Assembly: GCA_048937405.1 (NCBI GenBank)
Contig: JBHLNF010000001.1
Span: forward strand, 416,001-480,000
DNA from: Promethearchaeota archaeon
GTDB taxonomy: Archaea > Asgardarchaeota > Lokiarchaeia > Sigyniarchaeales > SOKP01
Direction: 5' to 3'
DNA length: 64,000 bases
Shown here: positions 38,301-49,134 of the stretch, piece by piece
Layout of the letters: every line of letters begins with the position of its first letter
Numbering within the stretch: the stretch's first letter is position 1
Translations under genes and position numbers: made by a program
The notes under the pieces: generated by a model
Told to the model about the DNA's origin: nothing
Database searches by the model: none
Seen by the model: only the letters and a program-made list of their open reading frames with translations

Positions 38301-40211
38301 ATGTCATCATTTGATTTTGCATTAAAAGATTTGTACAGAAAAAGACATTCTAATTATCCATTTCTAATAATTATCGTAGTCATTGTAGCGTTCTCAGAGT
38401 TTTTAATTTATTTCACATCATCATTAGGTATAAATATTCTAACTCAAACTTCATATCCTAATGAATTTTATTTCTCTGGTGTAATTAATCAAACTTATAA
38501 AGAATTTAATAATTTAATTCAAATCTTGTTTATTTGTTTAGCTGCTGTTATAGTGGTTTCTGTTACAACTACATTAGTTATTTCTAAAAAAAGAGATATT
38601 GCAATTATGAAATCTTTGGGTACACTCCCCCGAAAATTATACAGTTTTTATTTATTAGAAGTATATATTCTTTTTTTTATAGGTTTTCTATTTGGGTTTG
38701 TTTTAGGTTTGATAATTTTTGGAATTTTTGCATTAATTATGATGATGCTAAATTTCCCTGTAATATTTATAATTGATTTTGTTTATACTCCTAGTTTGTT
38801 TTTTTTATGTGTAGTAGGAATTTTTCTTATTACTGGATATACTCTCAGAAAAATTGGTAGACAAAAAATAATCAGCACTTTTTCGAAAGATATACCTTAT
38901 GATTATAATGCTAGTAAACCGCTAATTTTCATACCAAAATGGTTAACCCTAATTGGATTTAATATTAAAATTGCTGTTGTTAATACGTTAAGAAAAAAAG
39001 GTGAATTTAAGAGATATTTAGTTATATTCTTAATAATTGGATTAATGATCTTTACACTAGGTTTGGGTACGTTAGTTCTAAGATTATCCTCCCAAGAATG
39101 GATAAAAAACTCACAAGGAGAAAACATTGTGATATTGGGACATAAAGACGTGATATATAATTATTCATTGATGTATGAAATGTTTTCTGATCCTACTCTG
39201 GTAGTAGATGAAAATTCAATTAATTTTATGGATTCCAAGTATCTTTTTAACTTAAGTGATCTAAATGAATTAAATAACTTAGAAGGAATCGAAATGATAG
39301 ATGAGAGATTAATAAATTTTTATAATGTAAGAGAAATGCAAGGATATTATATAAATGATAATGACATAACGGTAACTGTTGGGCAAAATCGAAATAATAC
39401 GATTCCTATTATAGGTATTAATCCTGAAAATATTATACAAAATTTTGAGATTGAAGGAAGATTCTTCACAGAAGAGGATGCTTATGATAATATAACTATT
39501 GGAGATGGTCTGGCTCATAACTTTTTTGAATACCCATTACAGCAAAGTATTGAAATAAATCCGTCTGGAAGAAAATTCCATATTTCTGGAGTATTAATTG
39601 ATAGCTTTTATTCTGGATGGGCCGCTTATGTCAGTATTGAAGAATCTAGAAAGATATTAAACCTAACTAATGAAGAAATCAATCTTGTTATATTAAAACT
39701 GAGTCGTAATTCTTACAATGAAATTAGAGGAGATCTTGAGTATATAACTGAAAATATTGGAGAAGAATTTACTTACCTATTATTAGATGATACATTTCAA
39801 CAAAATATTGATTTCCTAAGTTATTTATCATTTTATCCCCTGATATCTATTGTTATAATCTCTATAATTGCTATACTATCCTTATATAATTATCAAAAAG
39901 CAGGTTTGATGGAGAAAGCAAGGGATTTCTTAATTATGCGTGCTATTGGTTCAAAAACTAGATCTTTGAAAAAAATTCTATTTTTAGAATCCTTATTTGT
40001 TTTAATTCCCTCGTTAATCTTAAGTTTAGCATTTGGGATGATTTTTAATTCCCTATTTTTATTAAATCGTGTATATTTGCCACCTTTATATGTACCATTA
40101 ATAATTTTTTTTCTTTTATTCGGTTTATTTATTATTTTCAATTTTTTAAGCCTTTTCCCCTTAGTCAAAAAAATATATAATTTTTCTGTTAAGGATTTTA
40201 ATATATACTAA
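38301..40211 (+). CDS. FtsX-like ABC permease
   Basis: Two FtsX repeats: RDIAIMKSLG and DFLIMRAIG. Confidence 0.88.
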   Translation: MSSFDFALKDLYRKRHSNYPFLIIIVVIVAFSEFLIYFTSSLGINILTQTSYPNEFYFSGVINQTYKEFNNLIQILFICLAAVIVVSVTTTLVISKKRDIAIMKSLGTLPRKLYSFYLLEVYILFFIGFLFGFVLGLIIFGIFALIMMMLNFPVIFIIDFVYTPSLFFLCVVGIFLITGYTLRKIGRQKIISTFSKDIPYDYNASKPLIFIPKWLTLIGFNIKIAVVNTLRKKGEFKRYLVIFLIIGLMIFTLGLGTLVLRLSSQEWIKNSQGENIVILGHKDVIYNYSLMYEMFSDPTLVVDENSINFMDSKYLFNLSDLNELNNLEGIEMIDERLINFYNVREMQGYYINDNDITVTVGQNRNNTIPIIGINPENIIQNFEIEGRFFTEEDAYDNITIGDGLAHNFFEYPLQQSIEINPSGRKFHISGVLIDSFYSGWAAYVSIEESRKILNLTNEEINLVILKLSRNSYNEIRGDLEYITENIGEEFTYLLLDDTFQQNIDFLSYLSFYPLISIVIISIIAILSLYNYQKAGLMEKARDFLIMRAIGSKTRSLKKILFLESLFVLIPSLILSLAFGMIFNSLFLLNRVYLPPLYVPLIIFFLLFGLFIIFNFLSLFPLVKKIYNFSVKDFNIY

Positions 40212-40315
40212 TCCTTTTAATTTAGAAAAGTGTTTAGAAAAATAATATGATAGATTTTCATAACATAAATTTTAATTTTTAAAATCTTATTATTCTAATA
40301 TAAAGGTGATTCTTC

Positions 40316-41641
40316 TTGATGTCTGAAAATACCTTAAAAGCTCGTATCGACACCTTAAAAGCAGATCTTGTCAAAAAAGATCATGAAATCCATCGTCTCC
40401 TCGATAGAATTGAAGAACTTGAAGATACAATTATGAGATTAGAAGCACTTATTCCAGATGAGGACGATACAAAGAAGAGCAAAAAAAAACAAGCTGTTGA
40501 TTCAAAATTGGTTATAGAACTCGATGAAAAAGATAGACAAATTCGAGAATTAAAAAACAAAATGGGATTCTTAAGAAAGGAAAAAGTACAACTTCAGCAA
40601 GAATTAGAAAGAATAAAATCCAGAAGCAATGAATCCTCTGTTATCAGAGTTGAGGAATTTAGGGATAAAACACCTCTTAATGCATTAGTAAAAGATCTAC
40701 AAGAAAAAATAAACAAACAAGAATCACTAATTCATAAATTAAGAAATGAAATAGCTAGCAACAAAGATTTTGATAAAAAATTAAACGAGAAAGATAAAGT
40801 AATTAGTATATTGAAATCAGAAATCACTGAATTAAATCGAAAAATTAAAGAATTTAGCACAATTGATAATGATAATGAAGGTGATACACTTTCTAAAAAA
40901 TTAATAGATGATCTTCAGCAACAGCTTAATAAATATAAAAGGAAAATTAGTGAATTAACCCTAAAACTTGAGGAATCAACTGAAAAACATAAAAGGGAAA
41001 ATAAAGGAAAAGGAAGTTTAAAAACTAAAGATTTGCAAAAAGAAATAAAAAATTTAAATGAATCTTTGAAAAATAAAGATAAAGAAATTGATGAATTGAA
41101 AAAAAAAAATATTTCCTTACAGAAAGCTGATATTGCTGCTAGTTTTGATAAAAATGATATCTCTTCTACTGAAATGATTGAACCTCTAAACGAAGACTTA
41201 AAGAAGAAATTAAATATAGCTAAATTGCAAATAAAAACACTTCAAGAACAGATTAAAACAAAAAATATAGACGAATCGTTAGAATCTAGCATGAATAAAG
41301 GTGAATTTAAAGGTAAATTAAAAATGCAAAGAGAAATGGCAATTTTTCTTCAAAAGCAACTTGACACAAAAGAAGGGGAAATTGAAATGATTAAAAATGA
41401 GGCTGTTCAGATAAAGGCAAAATATAGACAACTAGAAAATCAAATACAAATTAAGGATCAAAAAATTAGAGAATTACAGCGCCAATTGGATGAGTTGAAT
41501 ATTCAACCGCAAGTTATATCAAAGAAGGAAGATCCTAATCTAGCTTTGAGAGTTAGAGAGCTTAAGAATAAAATGGAATCTCTAGAAAAACTAAATAACG
41601 AACATAAATTAGAGATTTCTCAGTTACGAAAAAACATTTAA
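40316..41641 (+). CDS. long coiled-coil protein
   Basis: Heptad K/E/L/Q-rich along almost its whole length. Confidence 0.75.
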   Translation: MMSENTLKARIDTLKADLVKKDHEIHRLLDRIEELEDTIMRLEALIPDEDDTKKSKKKQAVDSKLVIELDEKDRQIRELKNKMGFLRKEKVQLQQELERIKSRSNESSVIRVEEFRDKTPLNALVKDLQEKINKQESLIHKLRNEIASNKDFDKKLNEKDKVISILKSEITELNRKIKEFSTIDNDNEGDTLSKKLIDDLQQQLNKYKRKISELTLKLEESTEKHKRENKGKGSLKTKDLQKEIKNLNESLKNKDKEIDELKKKNISLQKADIAASFDKNDISSTEMIEPLNEDLKKKLNIAKLQIKTLQEQIKTKNIDESLESSMNKGEFKGKLKMQREMAIFLQKQLDTKEGEIEMIKNEAVQIKAKYRQLENQIQIKDQKIRELQRQLDELNIQPQVISKKEDPNLALRVRELKNKMESLEKLNNEHKLEISQLRKNI

Positions 41642-41651
41642 AACTGCAAAT

Positions 41652-42632
41652 ATGGAACTTATTATTTTAGGTAGTGCAGCAGCAACACCTATTAAAGAAC
41701 GAAATCTCTCTAGTATTGCTTTAAGATATAAAAATCAAATTTTTATTTTTGATTGTGGAGAAGATTTCCAACGTAAGTTTGCCGAAGCAGGTTTGAAGTT
41801 TAATAAACCTTTAATAATTTTTATATCTCATTTTCATGGAGATCATATTATTGGACTTCCTGGATTTTTATTTCGTTTGAGTTTAAATGGCAGAACTGCT
41901 CCAATGATGATATTTGGTCCCCGAAATCTTTTTCTTTATTTATTTCTTCACAAAAAGATTCTTGGATTAAAAGCTAATTATTCTTTAAAAATCATAGAAA
42001 TCGATCACATATCTCAAGAATTGATAGAATATGAAGGATTAGATTCTGAAATACCAACTAAGAAAACTAAGTTGAATAATAATACTATATTTGATTCTAA
42101 AAATTTTTCAATTAAATATGCGTTAGTAGAGCATTCTGTTGTCACCTTTGCATATTCTTTTATTGAAAAGCCAAGATATGGGAAATTTAACCCTGACTAT
42201 GCTAGAGACTTAGGTATTCCTGAGAGTAACCTTTGGAAAAAATTGCAGGAAGGACAAATAATTAACTTTAGGGGAAAAATTATCAATCCTGTTAAACAGG
42301 GAATAGTTGGTCCAAAAAGACCTGGAAGAAAAATAACATATTCAGGAGATTTAGCCCCAAGTGATTCATTAATTGAATTAGGAAGAAATTCTGATATATT
42401 GATCCATGAAGCTACATTTTCAAAAGAGTTAGCCAAAATAGCTAAAGAAAAACAACATTCCACCTCTATTGATGCAGCAAATGAAGCAAAAAAGATGAAT
42501 GCTAAACAATTAATTTTAACCCATATTTCAGCAAGATATCAATCAGATGCATTAATTTTACTAAAAGAAGCTAAAGAAATATTTCCAAATACAATTCTAG
42601 CTGAAGATTTACTTAAAATTGAATTAAAATAA
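41652..42632 (+). CDS. rnz: ribonuclease Z
   Basis: SHFHGDHIIGLPG, exosite, HEATF, HST, LTHISARY. Confidence 0.95.
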   Translation: MELIILGSAAATPIKERNLSSIALRYKNQIFIFDCGEDFQRKFAEAGLKFNKPLIIFISHFHGDHIIGLPGFLFRLSLNGRTAPMMIFGPRNLFLYLFLHKKILGLKANYSLKIIEIDHISQELIEYEGLDSEIPTKKTKLNNNTIFDSKNFSIKYALVEHSVVTFAYSFIEKPRYGKFNPDYARDLGIPESNLWKKLQEGQIINFRGKIINPVKQGIVGPKRPGRKITYSGDLAPSDSLIELGRNSDILIHEATFSKELAKIAKEKQHSTSIDAANEAKKMNAKQLILTHISARYQSDALILLKEAKEIFPNTILAEDLLKIELK

Positions 42633-42695
42633 CATTTAATTCTGTAATTAAATTAATAAAAAAAGAGAAAATCAAATAAAAATTTTAATTTCTAA

Positions 42696-42905
42696 TTATT
42701 TTCCGCCTGCAATATGAGGTAGGATAATAATCTCGTCCTCTTTCCCAATTTTCGTTTCTGGGGTTGCTTTCTTTCCATTCACGAGTATCCCGAAGAACTT
42801 ATCCTCTAAGTTAAGTTCTTGTAATAGATCAGCAACAGTCATTGTTTTTTCAGGGCTAAATGTTTCATATAATCCGGTATCTAACAATTCTGAAACTTGT
42901 TTAAT
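42696..42905 (-). CDS. MoaD/ThiS/SAMP ubiquitin-like protein (ATT 42905 or TTG 42887 start)
   Basis: TVADLL..ILVNG..DEIIILPHIAGGK. Confidence 0.8.
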   Translation of the reverse strand: MKQVSELLDTGLYETFSPEKTMTVADLLQELNLEDKFFGILVNGKKATPETKIGKEDEIIILPHIAGGK

Positions 42906-43167
42906 TATAGATCACCTACTATTTTTTAATTATTTATAATATAATCTTTATTATATTTAATGTTATTTCTTTAGATTTAATCGTTAATGAAAATTATGAG
43001 TTATTTTTTTTGAATAATATCTTAAACATTTTTTGTTTATTCAGTGTTAAACTTTCTTTATTTTAAATTTTACCCTATAATTTTTTGATTATAATTAAAA
43101 TCCAATTTTTTTTATTTTTATATTAATTTCTATATTTAGGCTGTAGTTATTTAGAGGAGATAAAAAA

Positions 43168-44820
43168 ATTATTGATGAAGAAGATTTCATTGATTACTCA
43201 GAATTTTTAGATAAAATAAGAACAACCGAATTTAGGATAAAACAAATAACAGATCCTATCGAGAAAGAAAAAGCAATAAAAGAGATGCTTTCTTATTCTC
43301 TAAATTTTGCTGACAATATCACACAATCTGGAGAATATTTTGAAGCAGGAGAATTTCTTTTCTCGGTTGCTGAAATTTTTGAAGGAATAGATTTCTTAAA
43401 AGCTATTGACATATATTATCACATAATTGATATATATAAAAAATTAATTGTTGATCTTAAACTACAAGGAAAACTACATGAGATTGCTGAGTTATATTTA
43501 CGAATTGCTGAAATTTATAACGAAAAAATAGGAGATTTAGAATCTGAAAAAAAAAATATCTTAAATAGTATAAAACTTTTAAAACAAGAAAGTGAACTTT
43601 TAAAGGAATTTAATGAAACTCGGAAGCTGGCTCAAAATTATCAAAATATTGCAGAATTATTTCTGAAATTGTCAGATTTCAAGAATGCAATAAAATTTTC
43701 TGAAAAGGTCATCCAAATTTCAAAAATTCAAAATTATTATGATATGATATCCTTTTCTTACCAACAAATTGCTTCTTGTTATGCAGAACTCGAGGATTAT
43801 AATAAATCACAAGATATTTTATTAGATGGGATTGAATACTTTTCAAATATAATAACTAACCTTGAAGAAATAAATGATAACTCAACATTAGCCCAAATTT
43901 ATCAGATTTTAAAAAAATTTTATAAACTCTTGGATGAAAGGGATCAGTATATAAATTATTCAAAAAAAGAAGCTGGAGCTTACATTGATTTAGCAGAGTC
44001 ATTAGAAAAGAAACAAGAAAATTTTCATAAAATTGCACGTTACTACCGAGGCGCTGGATTATGTTACCTCGATATTAAGAATAATCTGATTGAATGTGCA
44101 TCATGTTTTTTATTAGCCGGTAATTTTTATGAAAGAATTGAAGATTTTAACCAAGCGGCTATAAATTTTTTCGATGGGGCTAATGTTTTTAAAGAAATGG
44201 ATAATTTTGAAATGGCTTACAAACACTATGTAAAAGCAGGAGATAATTTTTGGAAGATAGCAAGTATCAACGAATCTACAGAAAGTTACTTAGAAGCTTA
44301 TGATGTTGCTATTGAGGGTGAATTAGAATTTAATAGATTCGGTATTTTTAACCAAATTATTAGAGGATTGAATAAAATTGCTGAAGAAGGTTTAAAAAAT
44401 AAGCAGTTTTTTACGGCTGCTACGCTTATTTTGGAAAGTATAAAATTCTATGAACAACTTGATGATGCAAAAGATTTTCTTTTAAAAGAAATGGTAAATA
44501 ATTTGTATCGTTATTATTACAGAGCAGCTAACCTGAAAAAGGTTGGTTTTTCACATATTGTTCAAAGTTATGTTCTTGCTTCTATCTCATGCCTATTAAA
44601 TGGGAAATTGGATAAAGCATGGGAAATTATTTCTGAAATTGATTCTGATGGTTATACAGTGAGAAAATATAAAGAACTGATAAAAATAATGATCAATCAT
44701 GTTTCCAATGGAAAAGAAGTAGATATAGAAATTTTTCCATATAATTTGAGAAGGCTTATTGAAAGCTCTACAGATATAACTTATCTTTTGAAATTATTTA
44801 AAGGATTTAAAATAAAATGA
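43168..44820 (+). CDS. TPR / alpha-SNAP-like helical repeat protein (frame extends 39 codons upstream of ATG 43285)
   Basis: Repeats such as ARYYRGAGLCY, ASCFLLAGNFY, AAINFFDGANVFK; GAGGAG SD before ATT. Confidence 0.7.
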   Translation: MIDEEDFIDYSEFLDKIRTTEFRIKQITDPIEKEKAIKEMLSYSLNFADNITQSGEYFEAGEFLFSVAEIFEGIDFLKAIDIYYHIIDIYKKLIVDLKLQGKLHEIAELYLRIAEIYNEKIGDLESEKKNILNSIKLLKQESELLKEFNETRKLAQNYQNIAELFLKLSDFKNAIKFSEKVIQISKIQNYYDMISFSYQQIASCYAELEDYNKSQDILLDGIEYFSNIITNLEEINDNSTLAQIYQILKKFYKLLDERDQYINYSKKEAGAYIDLAESLEKKQENFHKIARYYRGAGLCYLDIKNNLIECASCFLLAGNFYERIEDFNQAAINFFDGANVFKEMDNFEMAYKHYVKAGDNFWKIASINESTESYLEAYDVAIEGELEFNRFGIFNQIIRGLNKIAEEGLKNKQFFTAATLILESIKFYEQLDDAKDFLLKEMVNNLYRYYYRAANLKKVGFSHIVQSYVLASISCLLNGKLDKAWEIISEIDSDGYTVRKYKELIKIMINHVSNGKEVDIEIFPYNLRRLIESSTDITYLLKLFKGFKIK

Positions 44821-44939
44821 ATCCACATTCTTGTATATCCTCTATTTAAATAACATAATTTTCATTAATATTCGCAAAAAACTTTATAAAATCTTATATT
44901 TTTTATTTTTTACATTTTAGTGATTCTAGTTTTTGAAAA

Positions 44940-45608
44940 ATGAATGAAAAGAAAAATAAAGAAATTATTTTAAGCTTTGATTTAGATAACACCTTAATTA
45001 ATAATAGGGATGGAATTATAGCTTCATTTAATTATGCCTTAAATAAGTTTAATCTACCCAAATTAGACAAATCAAAAATAGAACATATGATTGGAATTCC
45101 TTTAGATGACATGTTTGCTAAGTTTTTGACCCAAGATCCTTCAACTTTATCTTCTGCTTTTAGAGAATATTATGGAAAGAAAGGGATTTATCAAGCAATA
45201 CCATTACCTGGAATTAAATCTAAATTAGAAGAATTAAAGAGTTTAAATTTTACTTTAGGAATAATAACTTCTAAGAAGCAAGAATTGGCTAAAAAATTAG
45301 TAGAAATTCTTCAAATAAAGGATTATTTTGATTATATTATAGGTGAAACGGAAGACACAAAGAAATTAGGTAAACTTGATCCAAAATTAATAAAAATTCT
45401 GAAAAATAAATATCCCCATCAAAGAATTATTGTTATTGGTGATCATCCTAAAGACGTTTTGCTTTCTAATAATTTAAACTGTCCATTTATTGGAGTATTA
45501 ACCGGAAACCATTCTGCTAATCAATTGAAGGAATTAAAGAAAGGAAATTTAAAAATAATAAATTCAGCTAGTGAAATATCAATTGATTTAATATATTCAT
45601 TAATCTGA
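44940..45608 (+). CDS. HAD hydrolase (phosphoglycolate phosphatase-like)
   Basis: FDLDNTL, GIITSK, IGDHPKD. Confidence 0.88.
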   Translation: MNEKKNKEIILSFDLDNTLINNRDGIIASFNYALNKFNLPKLDKSKIEHMIGIPLDDMFAKFLTQDPSTLSSAFREYYGKKGIYQAIPLPGIKSKLEELKSLNFTLGIITSKKQELAKKLVEILQIKDYFDYIIGETEDTKKLGKLDPKLIKILKNKYPHQRIIVIGDHPKDVLLSNNLNCPFIGVLTGNHSANQLKELKKGNLKIINSASEISIDLIYSLI

Positions 45609-45668
45609 AAAGAAAAAGTCTTTATGATTAATGAAAGAAGAGAAAAAAATTAAAAAAATTAAACAGTC

Positions 45669-47126
45669 TTAATCTTTTGACCAAGATTCATATTCTTTCA
45701 TGAATTCTTCAGGGTTCCATTGTTTTTCCATGAATTTTGGTATACCACTTGAGTCTCTAGGTCCCACAACTACGAACGAATCCGCTTCATCTTCTAAGGC
45801 ACCACTCAAACGAGCTGCCATGCCTGGAATAACAAGAATTCTATGTTTTACTTTATCAAATGCTCCAAATTCTTTAACAGCCTCAGCAATACTACCAGCA
45901 TTAAATTGACCTCCTGCAACGGCGCTTTCGATTCCGATACCCTCAGAATCTACTACTAAAAGCCAGCAATTTATATTTCCTCCTTGTAAATCTTGTTCAA
46001 CTGGGATTTTAGTCATCCTATAATTACTGGTGACGAAGATTGGAGCCATATCATCAGGTTCTCCAACCTTATAGAGGCCAGCATCAACAGCAGGATAAAT
46101 TCTAGGATCTGAAAATACACTTTGTCTTAATGTCATTAATGCTAAAAGAGCCCAAATTTCATCTTTCTTTTGACCTGTATGTAGAATGATAAGATTTGTA
46201 TCTATTGATTCCATTATTGCTCCCATTATCACTTCTTGAAATTGATGTTCCCAGAGATCTTTATCCTTTCCTATTTTTACTTGATTCCAATAAGCTGCGG
46301 GAACACCCATAACTGGCCAGCAGGCATTTACATCTTCTTTATCTATTGCTGCCGTTCTTAGTTGCATAATATTATCATAGGTGATGGAAAGATTACCTGG
46401 TCCAAAATAGGTTCCTGAATCTAAAACAATTTCTTTTACACCAAACTTCTGTAAGGTCGCACTTAAAGACATCAATTCATTTAAATTACTTGAAGTAATG
46501 ACAACAGGTAAGATATTTTCTATTGCAAACTTTCCTATTTGTTCCCATGTATCTTTTGTTACAGCGTAAAGCAAAGGCTTTTTATCTTTGATTTCTTCAG
46601 CAGCAGCTAATAAATTCTCAGCATTAAAGCTACACAACATAATTGGAAGATTTGAGAGTTCTGTTAACCTTTTAGCAGCTAATTTAAATTGTTCTTTATC
46701 TCCAGATACATTTCTTAAAGTAATTCCATCTAGCGTAAGGACATCTCCAATCCTTTCTATTTTAAGCTCTGAAAGGTATTTGATAATATCTTCTAAATCT
46801 GTGTCATCATCTGCTATTTCAATAAATATAGCTGTTTGATTATAGAATGTTAATTGATGTCTCATTAAAATTTCTTCACCTCCGATTGTAACTGCTTTAT
46901 CTCCTGTACCAATAGTTACAGGTTTTTGAGGAGGAGTTAAAAGCTTAATGAGTTTCTCTCGATTTTTTGATTGTTTTGGCTCTTGCATTAAATGACTGCA
47001 ATCTTGAACTTTAACCTTTCTTTCCAATGTATCTGTCGCAAATGCCATACATGTATCATAACCGCAATCTTTACAATTTGACTTATCCAAAAGGGCATAA
47101 ACGTCTAACGGACTTGGTCTAGCCAT
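45669..47126 (-). CDS. cdhE: acetyl-CoA decarbonylase/synthase gamma subunit (corrinoid Fe-S protein large subunit)
   Basis: NCKDCGYDTCMAFA, GGEEILMRH, VTSNY, VVGPRDSS. Confidence 0.92.
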   Translation of the reverse strand: MARPSPLDVYALLDKSNCKDCGYDTCMAFATDTLERKVKVQDCSHLMQEPKQSKNREKLIKLLTPPQKPVTIGTGDKAVTIGGEEILMRHQLTFYNQTAIFIEIADDDTDLEDIIKYLSELKIERIGDVLTLDGITLRNVSGDKEQFKLAAKRLTELSNLPIMLCSFNAENLLAAAEEIKDKKPLLYAVTKDTWEQIGKFAIENILPVVITSSNLNELMSLSATLQKFGVKEIVLDSGTYFGPGNLSITYDNIMQLRTAAIDKEDVNACWPVMGVPAAYWNQVKIGKDKDLWEHQFQEVIMGAIMESIDTNLIILHTGQKKDEIWALLALMTLRQSVFSDPRIYPAVDAGLYKVGEPDDMAPIFVTSNYRMTKIPVEQDLQGGNINCWLLVVDSEGIGIESAVAGGQFNAGSIAEAVKEFGAFDKVKHRILVIPGMAARLSGALEDEADSFVVVGPRDSSGIPKFMEKQWNPEEFMKEYESWSKD

Positions 47127-47688
47127 TTTAATTTCTCCAAATTCTTTTTAATCTATTGAAAATAATCAATAAGTATGTGTAGTCTAATTGTAAATTGAAT
47201 TAAAAACTTGGTTTTTTCAAAATAATTATATATTTAACTCTTTTTATCTGGATTTTATCCTTAAAATTAATCTTGCAATAATTTTAAAATAAATAATGTT
47301 TTTGCCATCCTTCTTTTTTTTGTAAATTAGAAAAGATTTAGTCGTTGGTTTTATTCTTTAATTTATTTATTCATTATTATATTCCGCATAATCAGCGATA
47401 AATCTAAAATGTAGTTCAAATCCACACTCACTTACGCTTAATTTTATCTTTCATCAAAATACCATTATAAAAGTCAGAGAATAAATTCAAACACCTAAAA
47501 TGATACAATTGATTAAATTATAGGAATACATACATAGGATTTTAAAAAGAATAATTCCAAATTATTTTTTAAAGCTTAGATTAAGAACTTTCAGAATAAT
47601 AGCATAAATAAACTTACAATATATTACTTTAAATATTATTTGAACCAAAATGAAATCATTTTAATTCATAAATAACATCTAAACAAAT

Positions 47689-48024
47689 CTAATCTCCTAA
47701 ATTTTTCGAAATTCTTTGTAAATATAGTTTCATAAACAATCTTTGTTTATTACAATAATTGTATTTCTGCTTTTGAGTTAGATCAGAAGAATTTTTTAAA
47801 ATATAATGTATCTTTTTTATAGTTCTAAAATGATTTTCCGCATTCCATCCAATATTTCGTCCTTCTTCAAGAAAAAAATCTTTTTTTAAATCTTTAATGA
47901 TTAAATTGGAATTAAACCTAATACTTTTATGTAAAGAAAAATCACTAAATATAGCAGATTCATTAAAAAATAAATTACTTTGAACATTCTTAAAAAAATT
48001 TCCTTCTATTTTTCCAGAACTCAT
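47689..48024 (-). CDS. hypothetical protein
   Basis: 111-aa ORF. Confidence 0.4.
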   Translation of the reverse strand: MSSGKIEGNFFKNVQSNLFFNESAIFSDFSLHKSIRFNSNLIIKDLKKDFFLEEGRNIGWNAENHFRTIKKIHYILKNSSDLTQKQKYNYCNKQRLFMKLYLQRISKNLGD

Positions 48025-48400
48025 CCTTTTAGAGTCTAATGTATTAAATATTACTAATACTATTATTTTACTTATATTAATTTCAGAGTGGGATTTATAT
48101 TAATCAGTTAATATAATTGAAATAAGATTAAAATGATTTTTTGGAACATACACTATTAAAAAGAGGGGATAAGGATAACAAAATTTAAATTTTCTATAAA
48201 AAAGAGATAATTAAAGGCGAAATCCAATGTAAGATTGAAAATTTTGTTTCCTATCCCTATTTAAATCTAAATTAAAATATTAAAATATAACGAAAATTAA
48301 TCAGAAAAGTAGCATAATTAAGATTTTTCTAATTATTTAAATTCTCTCATATTAATTGAAAAAATTTAAAAAAAAGAAATTTTAAAATGAATCTAATAAA

Positions 48401-48928
48401 TTAGTAATATTCTATTTTAGAAATGAGTAATGCGAAGAAACCATAGAAGATTATATTTACTAAACAACTTATAATTGAATAAATTAGAAGAATATCAAAT
48501 GAACTCCAATCATATAAATCCGATATTGTACTTTCCAAAGTTGCGCTTATAGAAGCCCCAATTATCACTAGAGTTACACTAATTACTGATGTAAGAACCC
48601 AACCTCCAATGCATTGACCTTTACTCTCTCCGAATCGTCCTGCTAGAATTGCTGCTATTAATAAAGCTGTTAAAAAACCTATTCCTAATAGAAAGGAGGA
48701 TAATTCAAAACTTATTAAAATTGGTTCGGCTATTGTTAAAATCAAAATCATAGAAGGTGTTGAGATAATTGAACCAAATAAATAATAGAGAATCATTAGA
48801 GGATAATTTTCAATTGTGCTAAATAACACATCAAATCCATCTCCTATAGCATAATTAATTATTGTAAAAATAAAATTTAATCCAACAAATGCGGTTAAAC
48901 TCAATAAAAATGCTTTTCCAAACCCCAT
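48401..48928 (-). CDS. hypothetical membrane protein
   Basis: About 5 TM segments; GGAG SD upstream. Confidence 0.7.
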   Translation of the reverse strand: MGFGKAFLLSLTAFVGLNFIFTIINYAIGDGFDVLFSTIENYPLMILYYLFGSIISTPSMILILTIAEPILISFELSSFLLGIGFLTALLIAAILAGRFGESKGQCIGGWVLTSVISVTLVIIGASISATLESTISDLYDWSSFDILLIYSIISCLVNIIFYGFFALLISKIEYY

Positions 48929-49134
48929 ACTACTCTGACTCCTTTTTTATGCCAAAAATTATATCTTATTATCTACAAGGAAGAATAAGATTTTAAACTT
49001 TAGGATGAAAAAAAAATAACAGTAATTAGACTTTCTATAGTAAGATTTTATTATAGAAGCTAATAAAATCTTAAAAATAACTGATTTTACCTCAAAATTT
49101 TAATAAGTCATGAAATCCTAAAAAGACTATAATA

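Noticed and set aside
47127-47688. Long intergenic region upstream of cdhE
   Set aside because: Only short fragmented frames and no supportable RNA structure
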